Below, one piece after another: positions 40,486 through 52,946 of a stretch of 64,000 nucleotides of DNA. Position numbers and translations under genes: made by a program. The stretch comes from Chrysomallon squamiferum (lineage: Eukaryota > Animalia > Mollusca). The DNA is taken from the NCBI GenBank assembly GCA_012295275.1, contig CM022672.1:2046001-2110000 (forward strand), read 5' to 3'. Each line of letters begins with the position of its first letter. The first letter of the stretch is position 1. The notes below the pieces were generated by a model. It ran no database searches. It saw only the letters and a list, made by a program, of their open reading frames with translations, and was not told where the DNA came from.

Positions 40486-42706
40486 CCTGACAACTAGAGA
40501 CAGTGAGTAAATGTTACAGTAACATTTTTTTGAAACTGAGAGAGGCAGTAATTACACTGTTTTTTGAATTTCCCAGTTTTTTTTTTTCTTTCTTTGTTGA
40601 TTAAAGAAAGTATGCCAATGTGTGTGATTAAGCTTATCTCTTTCTTTTACTCTTTTTTTGTTTTTTCTCTGATCAGTAACATTACTTGAAACAAAATGTT
40701 TTAAAATAGAATTCAGTCTGTCCTTGATTGTTCTTTTTTTTTTCTTTTTAATTTCAACAATGTTTTTTTTTTTTTTTTTTTATATTTATTTCTTTTAAAA
40801 ATGTTTGTAATAGGTTTTTGTCTACAGTTCAACTTGTATGTAATAGTATTATTTTGTCTATGGTTAAGTTTATATGTAATCGATTTTTTTTTTTTTTTTC
40901 TTGGGAATGTTTAAGAGTTGAATTTTTAACAAAACTTCGAAAGTATGTTCTTTTGTATGGTTTTTATACAAATAAGATAATAGACTTAAAAATTATCTTT
41001 AAATTTTTCAAAATAGAATTCATCATTGCTTCTCAAAAAAACGTTCAAAAATGCTTATTTCATAAAATCTTCAATCTGTTGTAAAAATAGTACTGTGAAT
41101 AATAAATATTTCAGATTTTGAAATTACTGAAAATGTTTCATAATCACAGATTTCGTTATTGTGATATTTGACTTCGTAAACAGTTTTGACTAATGTGTCA
41201 TTCTGGGAGGGAGAGCTGTACAGCATTTTCCTCAGGTGTGATAGAACAGAGGCTCAATCCTCATTAGTGATGCTGTTTCAACCAGTGTTTCACACTGATT
41301 TATTTCATAATACTGTAGAGTATCAGTATCTACATTGAAATGAAAAAACATTTAATAAGGATAAAAAAAAATAAACAGAATAAATCTGTCAAATATTAGC
41401 CATTCTCAATCTCTTATATTTTTTCTAAAACAGTTATCGTTACAAATTTATAAAACTGACTCCTAATAGCTAGATATGAATCTTAAACATTGGAGTTTTG
41501 ATGAAAAAAAAAATCTTAATTTTAGAGCAATAGTTAATAGTTTAGAAAAAAAGAAAAAAGGCAACAACAACAACAACAACAACAAAAAGATACGTTTGCA
41601 TTATATAATCCTCTTTCCCTCAAGTTTTTTCTGTAGAAGTTAGTCTGATTAACTGTAGCACTGGGAACTGTTATTCACCATGTAAATAACTTTAACATTA
41701 AACTGTGTTATTTAGCTTTAACAGTTAACTTGCTTACATTATGAACTTAAAATTTATCAGTTTAATCATTTTCTAATCACAGAATTCCTGAGAAGAAACC
41801 TGATTATTATTTAAACGGTATAATGACTTATAAGTATCATAATCTATAAAAATCCATTTTAATCTGGAAGATTTATGGAATAAAGACAAAGTATTAAATT
41901 TTATAAATTTAAAAAAAATAATTATAGTGTTCAACTTTTTTCTCTCCTTTTTAATTCTTTTCTTTGAATTTAATTTTTTTTGTGTGTGTGTTTATTATTT
42001 AAATGGTTTAATCTGTACTTAAATACTTCATCCCTTTCAAACTAATTATTGTTATAAATGTGCAGTTTTAAATCCTTGCAAATCTTTTTTCATTTGTATC
42101 ATCTGTTTCTATGAAATTATCTTTTTTGTTGTTCTTAATGGTTAGTTCTAATGTCTTTGTTCTCTTTTCAAATATACATGAAATGGACTGAGTCATTAAT
42201 CCTTTAATCTTTATTATTTGAATTTTAGCATCCAATTTAATCTTCAATAATTTTGCTACAGCAGAATTCCTGGCCTACAAAGGAAAGATGCTTTATCACA
42301 TAATAGTATGATCTATCAAAGCTGCAGTATAGATCAATAAACTAAAGTCAGTATTTAACTCAGCTTTCTGCGTTATAAACTGACTTTTAAACAGACCATA
42401 TCTGAATTAAAATATCTGGAGAAAATATACAGCTATAAATCTGTTGTGTAAATGATGATGACAGCTAAAGATTATAACATTACATGTGCTTGAAACTGGC
42501 ATATATTTCTTTCTGTCTGTATGTTTGTATGTACTTGTTTATATGTGTGTCTGTTATATTTATTTGATTTTCCTAATTCCCGTTTGCATTTAATTATAAT
42601 GATGGATAGGTGTAGAGAAATAAATGCACCTCACTGTTTCTTTAGCTCACATGCTCTCTCTATCTCACTCATTTACTTCCCTCTCTCCCTACATATATCT
42701 CTATCT

Positions 42707-42948
42707 ATGTATGTATGTATGTATGTATGTATGTATGTATGTAGATATGTATGTATGTATGTAGATATGTATGTATGTATGTATGTATATGTATGTATGT
42801 ATGTATGTATGTAGATATGTATGTATGTATGTATGTATGTATATGTATGTATGTATCTATATATATATATAAAAACATACACAGATATATATATATATAT
42901 GTGTATATGTATATGTATGTATGTATGTATATATCTATGTACGTATGT
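42707..42948. repeat. (TATG)n/(TA)n compound microsatellite
   Basis: Direct reading. Confidence 0.97.
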
Positions 42949-44625
42949 GTAATCAAAATCGTCCTTCTTATTTTTTAATTAAAAATATCAACTATCCTAG
43001 AGTATATATAAAAACATGTATTTCTCTTAATGATCTAGATAAACTCAGTGAGTTTCTTAATACATTATTTTGCTTCAAATAAAAACTAATGACTAATTAT
43101 TTTGTTTTTCTACATTCACATTGATGGCTTCATTACTAGGGGAAAAGGACAGATATAATACAGGTAGTGTTCTTAATGTACATACTTACAAATCAATAGT
43201 TTTATCTTGGACTCTGTCCTTGAGAGTTTGCTACAACTCTAGGGTAAATGAATATAGTTAATTATACAGACATACATGTGTATGTACATGCATATACAGA
43301 CACACACACGAACATACATACACACCTCCTTACATACAGTTACATACACATATACATATATTACATTCTTATGGATTATTTTTATTACTAAAAGAATAAT
43401 AACAAAATTTGGAAGTACTTTTAGAAAATGTTTTTCAGTTGATCAATAAAATGACATAGTAAATGTTTACAATATTAAAACACTGCTTTTACTGAACAAT
43501 TAGCCATTAGGAGCTGAAAGGTTAATAACTCTCTTGAATTTCTTTTTTTCTTTTGTTGACATTTAGTATGTAAAATAAATTGATCTCAGTTCATTAAGTA
43601 TACATCTCATTATTAGAAGTTCTTTTGTTGCAATAAACTTCTCCTTTAGCTAATGATTTCATTTTTTTTTTTTTTGGCCCATTCTCCATTTGTATTCATT
43701 AAGTGAGAAATTCAAATACTTCTTGATTTCTTTGCCCTGACCTTAAGAATCTAGTCTGTTTTTGTAAGACTTGATTACATATACATAAATCAAACTTTTT
43801 TTCTTTTAAAGCTAATGAATATAATCATGTTTTGTTTTTATTTTCTTCTGCTGTTTTGTTTTCCTACTAATTTCTTCTGGTATTTTTTTTTTTTAGCTGT
43901 CAGTTCCTCTGCTGTTTTTTGTTTCTCTGTCATTTCTTCAGCTAGTTTTGTTTTCTTAGTCAGTTCTTCTGTCAAGATGATTTATGTCATTGTTTTGACC
44001 TTAATTCGATTATTGTGTATAAATGGATAATTTTTCACTAGCAGTTCAGTATACATGTAAACATATATAAATATCATACATAAAACAACATGCAATATGT
44101 TTGTACATACGCATGTGTTATTTTATGTATTCAGATTATTCTTCTTTGTTTTTCAAAAACATACAGTTTAGTAATATTTCCATTTTGAAAACATCTAAAA
44201 AAAGTAACTGCCATCCCCAGAAAGCATATTAACCAGTTTTATGTGTTTAACTCCACCAGAAGAAACACTGAAAGGAAATAATTTTCAAGTCTGTAGAATA
44301 TATGCAGATTGTCACTTCTTGAACTCCCAGTTGTTAATCTGATGGAATCTAACTACATTCAGCAGTGGAATGCTCTGAGAAATTAATTAATCAGTACATT
44401 AGCACTAGCTGGGCTACTTTATTTGATAAGTATAATGGATCTAAAAGTTAATTAATCTACCAATTTCTAGAAGAGGGAATGGCAAGATTTTCTGTTACTT
44501 GTTGGCTGAGCCACAGAGTTTCCGAATAAAAAACTCCTTGGTGTGACAGATAAGCTGCTGGGCTTGTTAATTATAGTCTTGATGGTAGAGAAGTTAAACC
44601 ACTGTGTTTCATGGTGCACACTTCC

Positions 44626-44690
44626 TGGTGCAGTGGTTAAGCTCCTGGGTTTTGAACTGATAGGTTTTTGGGTCGCGTCCCAGTACTCTG
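44626..44690 (+). mobile_element. tRNA-derived SINE head (degenerate Pol III A/B boxes)
   Basis: A-box-like TGGTGCAGTGGTTAAG (44626) and B-box-like GGGTCGCGTCCC (44670) at tRNA-like spacing. No complete cloverleaf. Confidence 0.55.
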
Positions 44691-45759
44691 ACCCAGTGCT
44701 AATTTTGGAGGTGTAAAGTCATTTTTGTTTACTAACAGAATAAAACTAATATTTATTAAATAAGACAATGAGGTGCTTTTAATGTATGCTATGACACACG
44801 TGTTTATGTATTTGGATGTCTGTGTATTTCAGACAGGTTTCTGATCATTACAAGTAATTACATCTTCAGAGGTTTTACTGTTTCTGGAAACGATCTGGAA
44901 AAGAAAAATGTGTGTGAAATAATAAGAATTTTGTTTGTGTCAAAATATTTTAAATAGTGTGTGAAAATTTGGTAGAAATATATATTTTTTAGTATTTCTC
45001 TGTCAAATTATTATTCATTTTTTTTTTTTTATCTTTCTTCTAAATCTCACAATGCACCTATGCTTTATTTCGTTTTTCAAATCCTTCACATTTTTTCCTT
45101 TTCTTTTCCTTTTTGTTATTTATCAGTTATCTTTTTCTTCATTATGTTCTTTATTTCTCTCTATGATTTTCTTTCTTCCTTGGCATCTGTGTTATGTCTT
45201 GTTTCTTCTTTTCATCCAATTCCATATTTTTCGGTTCCTTTCTGTCATTTTGTTTTCTTTCTTTTTCTTTCTTTCAATCCTCTAGGGGTTTTTTTTTTTT
45301 GGCTCAACCACGCCTTGTTTTAATTATTTTTTCTCCATCAAAAAAAAAATAAAATAAAATAAAATAAATAAATAAATAAATAAAGCAACAAAATCCAACT
45401 AAAAACGTAAGAAAAAGAAATCTCAAAACAAACAAATTCTGTTTACTCTTGTTCCTCCCTGATACTGTTCAGTGTAACAGTCCTGCATGTTTGATATCTG
45501 TAATGATCCACTGATCACCACTTTACTTTTCTCTCAACTGGCTCAAAGATTATTGACGACGTATCTCAGCACAAACAGATCTTTTTTTCAGTCTCTCAAA
45601 CGTGCCCAGTTTTATCTTCTTTCCTTTTCTTTCTCTTCAGTTACAAAAACGGCAGCACAAGTGTACGATTTCTCTCTCTTGCTTGCTTTTGTTGTTGAAA
45701 CTGTTTAAGTGTGTTCTTTATTATTATTCTCTTCTTTTTAACTGCTGAAATTGTTTTAG

Positions 45760-45804
45760 TGTGGATATCCCCATCTAACGGCAAAACTCTGAAGTGCGGT
45801 AAAG
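45760..45804 (+). CDS. Candidate frame-preserving micro-exon (39 or 45 nt; xWISPSNGKTLKC[GK]), host gene unknown
   Basis: Upstream ttttaac/TGC/ttgttttag acceptor; donors GCG|gtaaag (45799) or AAG|gtagat (45805). Only the phase 1-1 frame is open. No homology recognised. Confidence 0.2.
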
Positions 45805-46122
45805 GTAGATGATGTATATACGTTGTACTGGACTGATGATGATGTTAGGTGAAACAACAGAGATTGTGTTGTAACTCTCTCTCTGTTGTGACTTAATAAA
45901 GTCATAATGAGTGTTCAGTGAAATTCAGAATTGTGCGTCTGTGGTCAGTAAAGATATTCAAAATGTTAAGAATATGAAGTTGTGGTATATAGTAAGAAAA
46001 AACACAGTCGTGGTTGATGTTTGGAACAGGAAACATTCTGATAATTTGCACAGAGGAGGATTGATCCTGTGACCAATCAAACATGAATAAACAAGATAAA
46101 AAAAAGATAATAAATGTGAAGT

Positions 46123-46166
<44 letters not shown>

Positions 46167-46242
46167 GATATAGATATATATATATACACATACATATATA
46201 GATATATATAGACATACATATATATATATGTGTGTATGTATA

Positions 46243-46292
<50 letters not shown>
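46123..46292. repeat. Compound (TA)n/(CA)n/(TG)n microsatellite
   Basis: Direct reading. Confidence 0.95.
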
Positions 46293-46293
<1 letters not shown>

Positions 46294-46731
46294 AATTTTA
46301 TTTACCAACCTAAACATAGCCATTTCATTTGCTAATCTATTGATATCATGTTATTTTGTAATAATAATTACAGATTCTTTTATTATTTTGTTGTTTTCTT
46401 TTTGCTTCTCTGTTGGTTGAAAAATCTCATTTGTTTTTGGTCATTAAAAAATCTCATTTGTGCTTGCTGGAGACATTGTTTAATGTCCTATTTGCTCAGT
46501 GTAATCACATTTCTCCATTAAGCACCTGGTCTGTTCATTTTCGTTAGTCATCACGTCTTATTTCTGATGCAGTAATTAACATAACTTATTACATGATAAA
46601 AATGCTTAAGTTGCAATCACTTCAGTTCTAAAAGACATTAAATCGAAAGTAAAGGAGAGTTCATGAAATAGGATGAAAATTTAAAAGGTTTAAAGTATAA
46701 ATCTCAGTCATTTGTTTGAAAAGTAATTATA

Positions 46732-46910
46732 AATTTTCCTAGTCGTAGTGATTTATTTGAAACAAAAAAATTCAAAATATTCCTAGTCATAGTAAATTGA
46801 AAAAAAAATAAAATCTAAATATTGCTAGTCATAGTAATCTTTTTGAAACCCCTCCCCAAAAAACTCTGAATAGTATTAGTGTTAGTAATGAATACTGTTT
46901 GAAAACAAAA
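46732..46910. repeat. ~43-bp tandem repeat, ~4 copies
   Basis: at(a/t)tt(c/g)ctagtc(a/g)tagt(a/g)a...ttgaaa at ~46733, 46777 and 46819, with a degenerate copy at ~46870. Confidence 0.8.
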
Positions 46911-47340
46911 ATACAAATAGATAACCAGAACAAGCCATTGTGAATTATATTTATATCAACTCAGGGTTTTTCATTATTTTTAAAACTGTCATCCAAAATG
47001 ATATTAGATTAGTTTGGTAGAAAATTAATTTCAGACAAATTTAGTACTGGGCTTAAACACTGTACTAGACCTAGGAAGGTAATAATAGTAAATGTAAATA
47101 TGTTGTGAAGTTAATTGTTATCCAGTGCATGTTATTAAAATCCACATGTGACCAATTCACTCCAGTATTTTTCAGTAATGAAATGATGATTCAGTAATTT
47201 TTCATTGCTAAGAGTTATGTGAAACTGTTGCTGGTGTTTCAAGTTGTTTTAACCATTATAAACATGACTAATAATTATTAGTGTATCTTGGGGTATCCCA
47301 GTTAGTTCTTGACAGATCTTGACAGGTTCACTCCAGCCTT

Positions 47341-47435
47341 GGTGTGTCTGATGCTATTTATGGGATGGTGCATATAAATGATCACTTACTGCTAATTTAG
47401 AAGAGCAGCCTTTGTGTGGCAGTAGCAAGTTTCTT
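47341..47435 (+). mobile_element. Decayed SINE-like fragment
   Basis: tgggatggtgcatataaatgatcacttactgctaatttagaagagcagcc...gtggcagtagcaagtttct overlaps in sequence with the 17890-17920 and 20671-20710 fragments. Confidence 0.65.
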
Positions 47436-47639
47436 TTGTAAATATTTGTAATGTACCTTAATCTTAAGTATGAAGTCATGCAGACTATGAAGGTTTACAG
47501 TTTTAAATAAAATATTACATCCTACATTTATCTCTTAAACCTCCTTGTAACTCTTTGGCAAAACTGTAACAATACTGAGAATAGTTATAAAATAAACTAC
47601 AGAGTGAATTTCACTGCATCCAATCAGTTTAGAACAGAA

Positions 47640-47925
47640 ACTGGTATCAGGATTTGAACTCACAGTCTGTAAGCTTTCATATCAAATGTTAAATCATAGA
47701 CAATTAATTTGTCAGCAGTTGATCTTCTGTGTACCCTATTAATTAAAAAAGAACTATCAAGATTTGAACTCAGAATCTATCAACTTTTCAACAAATTGTT
47801 TCAGCTATAGCTCATTGTTTTATGATACATGTTCTCACTACCCTGTTAGTTTAGAAGAGAAGAAACAACAAGAGTTGAACTCAGAACTTACCCACCTTCA
47901 GACAAATGGTTTAACCATGGCATCA
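47640..47925 (-). repeat. ~111-bp tandem triplication of a tRNA-like/SINE head
   Basis: (g)ga(t/g)ttgaactca at 47650, 47761 and 47872 (reverse complement GAGTTCAAATCC, B-box-like), each followed by caaatg/ttg.tt.a..(c)at. Confidence 0.6.
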
Positions 47926-48454
47926 CTGTTTGATGCTTATACAGTTTAAATCAAACATTAAAACCCATGGGATGTCTTCTTGCTAATTAATAAAACATCT
48001 GTTAATTACATTTACTCTTCATATGCAACTGAGTAACAATAACTTCTCTGGAACTGGAGAAAAAACACATGTCAAATATTTTCACAATCTATTTCTAAAT
48101 AATGCGTGATATTTGAAAATTATTTATAGGATTTTTTTTTGTAAAACAAATGCAAATTTACTAAGTACTTGTTTGAGTAATTGTCAACTAGGTTCATAAT
48201 TTATGATCTTTTTCTCTTGTTTTTTCACAAAGATAATGTCATCACTGTTATCTGGCATAATTTCAAAAGCTGGTTTCAGATAAATGGATTCACATCACTG
48301 TTAATGATTATTTTAGTGTGTGGAGTATTGTTTATCCATTAATCTTTTATCTTCTGTGATGACAGTGCAGAATCAGCCAGTGCTGTTTAAGGGATACAAA
48401 AAATAAAAATAAAAAAATGCTTCAATGTTTCAGTGTAGACAGAAATATAATTTT

Positions 48455-48790
48455 TAAACATGAATGAACATATTGTGACAAAAATCACACCCTATTATAT
48501 TAACATCAGTGAGTTCATTGTGACTAAAACTGCTTTATGTAAGAAGTAAAGTAATAAAAATTGCCTTATATATTAATATGAATGAACACATCATTATTTT
48601 GAAAAATCTCTGTTTTCTTAACATGCATGAGGAAATTATTATAACATTCACCCTTCCCGAATGAAAAAAAATTAATTTGATCTATTAACATGCTTCAGGA
48701 AACTCTTCTAAAAATTACCTTATCTGTTATCATGCATGAACAAATTCTTATATAAAAATCATCTTTTATAATAACAATAAAACTGTACTT
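48455..48790. repeat. Degenerate ~45-bp tandem array
   Basis: ttaa(c/t)atg(a/c)atga(a/g)...aaaaatcac cores recur several times. Confidence 0.55.
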
Positions 48791-49098
48791 ATTGTAATAA
48801 CAATTCTCTGATTTATTCTTGGCTTTTGACTATTGTAAATTAATATACTTAATAATATATATTTCAATATTTCCCACTGTTCTTGTTTACTGATTTCCCA
48901 TTGTTTGAGAACTCACCAAAAGTTAAGGCTCTCATAACTGTCATGTGAAGAGCAAAACTGCACAAAAAATAATTAAAATAAAGTCTCATAACAATTTATT
49001 TTCTGGGTAAACTACTGGTCTTATGTGCCAGGGCTCAGTCGCAGGTAAAAGTTTTTCACCTCATGATATTGTTATCCAAACCACATTTCAGTGAAATA

Positions 49099-49176
49099 CA
49101 CCACCATATAGACAGCATAATAAATATCAAGGCCTTTGTGAGACCGGGTATGGAGCATTGGCTGGAACAAGAAATA
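49099..49176 (-). mobile_element. Decayed SINE-like fragment
   Basis: ggcctttgt...tggagcattggctggaacaagaaata is the reverse complement of the tattt(c)t..ttccagccagtgctc motif at 2087 and 12463. Confidence 0.6.
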
Positions 49177-49409
49177 TAATACAAAAAAAAAAAAAAAAAA
49201 GCATTTATACTTACCCTTAACTTGTTATGTTCAGTATATTTTATAAATATTTCTTCATGTCGATGAATTGTATTTCTTTAGTACTTATTTAACAGTTCTT
49301 TGTAATAAGAATCAAAAAGAAGTCTAATTATTTATTTTTTTCAAATTAATTAAATTTCACTAATCTCCAAAAGTCATTCTAGTATGAAAACCTGTTTGCT
49401 CTATAATAG

Positions 49410-49545
49410 TAATAATAAGAAGAAGAAGAAGAAGAAGACCAACAACAACAACAACTTCAATAACTATAATAAGAGCAACAGCAACAGCAACAACAACAAC
49501 AACAACAACAACAATAATAACAACAAAAACAAAATAATAATAAAT
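49410..49545. repeat. (AAT)(AAG)(AAC) compound trinucleotide repeat
   Basis: Direct reading. Confidence 0.9.
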
Positions 49546-51361
49546 ATTAAAAAAAAACTAAAACAATTATAGTTTATTATATTCTGTTCTGACAAACAAC
49601 ATTGTTCTATAATACGACCATGTTTTGGGTTTTATGATTAAATATTTCTTAACCTCAATCTTCCATGTTCAAATCAAAGTTGACAGAGTTTTTATGTATG
49701 TGTGTGTGTGTGTGTGTTTGTGTTGTGCCTGTAAAAACAAATGATATGAGAAAATACGTTCATGATCCATTACATAAAGGTTAATATAAAGAGTTATGTA
49801 ACTGTGCTAGGTTATTTGTAACATTTAATAATTTGATTATACAAACCTGTCCCTGGATGATATAAATGTTAATTTATTTTAATCACTTTTCACTGAAGTG
49901 AAGTTAGTTAAACATATTCTGATGATATTTCATGAAAGGATAGCTTTATGGAAACAGGCTTTAGTCTAAAAAAAAGTGCAGTCAAGATGAATGACTTTTT
50001 TTCAATAATTTGATAGCCAGTTATGCACTGCAGCTAATACTCTTTCTGGTTTATGAAAAGGCAATGATTTGTGTTTTCACATCTGTGGGAGGGTTCACAT
50101 AAATATCGCTTTTTGCTGATTAATAAAAGTAGTCCAAAATGTATCTGTTTTTTGTTGCTGTTTTTTTTAAATGCCATCATTATAGAAAAACAGTATATAT
50201 AATATCCATTAATAATCAACTGTAGTGAGATGTCAAAAAAAAAAAAAAAAAAAAAAAAAATTCATTCCTTATTATAATGATGCAGAGTTAACTGCAAGCT
50301 ATCATAATATTGCTATCCACTACAGTGAATTTCACAGTTTCTTCCGGTAGGTGTAACCCAAAACCAACCTGTTCCTTTGCGAGCTGATAAAAAAGTAGAC
50401 TTCTACAAATGTCACTGACAGCTGTTACTTTGCTGTCAACTGTGGCAGTGTGAGGTAAAACTGTCACGATCCAGTAACAAAAGATGCTTCTCCACAGAGA
50501 AATGAAAATACTCATATAACAGGTTTAACTTTTTTTAATTTTCCCCACTGGGCTTCAGCCTTGATGAAGTAACATCAGTGAATGTATGTTTATTGGCCAT
50601 CTACGTTAACAATGATTACAAGTACGGGAATGAACTGGTGGTCAATTTAATCAATAACCCTGCACATGTTGTTGTCACTGTGTCCCCATTTGTATGTGTC
50701 AGCGAATATATTCATATACTGGACTTGTGTGTTATGATAAATATTTTGAATTGTGCATTATTCTGAGAGCGTGGAAAAAAAAAATCTGTTGATCGAAGCA
50801 GGTAAAAATCATTTAATGCTTTATGTGTATATTGTCCTTATGTCTCAGTTTTCGAATGTATTAATGTAGCTGATATTGCATGTGATGATATATATATTAT
50901 GAACTAAAGTATTCTGAGTGTGGGAAACAAACAAATATCCATCAGTGAAAGCAACTTACAACAGGTACTTCAATTTTAAGAAATTATATTTATGATGTTA
51001 TCTTTAAATTTTAGCATATTCACATAAAAGAAATTTAGGTGAGGATAAAGTGAGTTTTCTGAGTATGAAAGAAACCCTTCATGTTTACCTTAATTATATG
51101 AAATTGGAAAATAATATTCTTATTGCTGCTAGTGTCTATTAAGGTAAAATATTTGTGTGTGATATTATGAAATTGTGTATTTCTGTTGTCACAGATTCAA
51201 TTTTTGAATAGATTTGTGTGCAGTTACAAACATATAATGAATTTTGTATATTATTTAGTGACAGAAAAGATAACAAAAAAATGTGGAATCTAGCAAAATA
51301 AGGTAACAGTATATTAACTTAATAATGTGAAATGTGAAATTAATTTTGTTGCTGCTATTGC

Positions 51362-51369
51362 GTGTTTGT

Positions 51370-51448
<79 letters not shown>

Positions 51449-51470
51449 TGTGTGAGTGTGCATGTGTGCT
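51362..51470. repeat. (GT)n microsatellite
   Basis: Direct reading. Confidence 0.95.
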
Positions 51471-51818
51471 TGAGATGCATGAAGTTAATGGGTTGTTTAT
51501 GCAAAAGAGGGTATATATGTTTGAAGTATGTGTTGTTGTTTATATGATAGTGTGCATGAGCATTGGTGAATGTGTGTTCCTATAATTATCATTAAAAAGT
51601 ACTAAGTAAATTATCAGAGTCCATATGAAATGTGAATGATCTAAGGATATTAAAGATTCTCTTTTTAATATATTTATAATTTCTTTTTTTTAATAATATC
51701 TAAAACAATATTGATAATTGTTTGCTGAACAGATTTTTAAAATGCATGTGTTTTTGCAAATTATTTTGCTGTTAGCAGTATGACTTGTAAGAAAAGAGAG
51801 TGAGATTTGAAGCGTTAT

Positions 51819-52066
51819 CTCTAACTGATCCTCTAACATACTAACTAATGCTTTAACATACTAGCTGTCTAGCACCAAAACATAATTCATCTTTTAACAC
51901 ACTAATATACCAGTCCTCTAACTTGTTAACATACTAACTAGTCCTAACATACAGACATGTAGCTCACCAACATACTAACCAATCATCTAACATGCTAACA
52001 CACTAACAAGTCCTCTAACACACTAATATACTAACCAGTCCTCTAACACACTAATATACTAACACC
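51819..52066 (+). repeat. CTAAC-rich degenerate minisatellite (10 ACTAAY motifs)
   Basis: TACTAAC at 51839, 51932, 51973, 52029 and 52057. The last two units, agtcctctaacacactaatatactaac, are identical at a 28-bp period. Confidence 0.85.
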
Positions 52067-52148
52067 AACTTGGGCAGACAATCCCAGCGCCTGGATTGTG
52101 TGCCCATGACTGACGTGCTTGAATGATGCGACAAGGCAAGCAAATGTC
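52067..52148. other. Double-hairpin element, copy B
   Basis: Stem tgggca-g-acaatcc / ggattgt-g-tgccca (52071-52106) and stem gacgtgcttg / caagc(aa)atgtc (52112-52148). Shares blocks with 20167-20224. Confidence 0.6.
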
Positions 52149-52896
52149 CAAAGGTTTATGTACATACTGAACGGTTGATTGACTGGCAAAATGAATACTT
52201 CACATTTCACATTGTTTGGACACAGAGTAAGAGAACTGCTGTGAATAATGCAGCTGTTAAGTGTCAAGGCTAATGGAACACCATCACGATCTGTAATCAT
52301 TAATTAATTTAATGATATCATATTTAATTTACTGTGGTCAGTGCTTGGAGTGAGCTAATGTTTTGTTTGATAACATCTAAACAGTTTTTGTTTAATATTA
52401 ATAACTGTTAGGGGTCAGTCATTGAGGTTTTGTTGATCATAATACTATCAGAGAAAGCCATTTAACGTTTTAGCCTTTATCAGTTAGCAACAAGAGGGCT
52501 TTTTTAAGCACTTTATCATAAACAGGAACTAATTTGTCATCACATAATTGTCAAATAATGTTTATAAAATTGTGCAGTGGCATCTTAGATATTTTTGATA
52601 TGTGAACAGTTGTTTTCCAATGGCTGGTTAGTTAAAGACCATTTTGTGTCTATGAGAAGGTGCATTTAATTATTGGGGGTGAGTTTCATTCATTCAAGTT
52701 ATCATTATTCAAAAATATATGTTTGACACATAATTACAATCAATAAGCAAACAAAAAAACAAACAATGTATTGAGAGTGGTGGCCATTGCTTTTTTCTCT
52801 GTTGTTATGTTAAAACAGAAAATAATGTTTTTATGTTTTCCACCAAGCAATACTGAATGATTGATATCAATGATTTTCTACTATCACATCACAATC

Positions 52897-52898
<2 letters not shown>

Positions 52899-52937
<39 letters not shown>

Positions 52938-52946
52938 AAAAAAAAA
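52899..52946. repeat. Poly(A) tract
   Basis: Direct reading. Confidence 0.9.

Noticed and set aside
44626-44700. Functional tRNA gene
   Set aside because: The B-box is degenerate, and there is no acceptor stem or cloverleaf. Best read as a SINE head.
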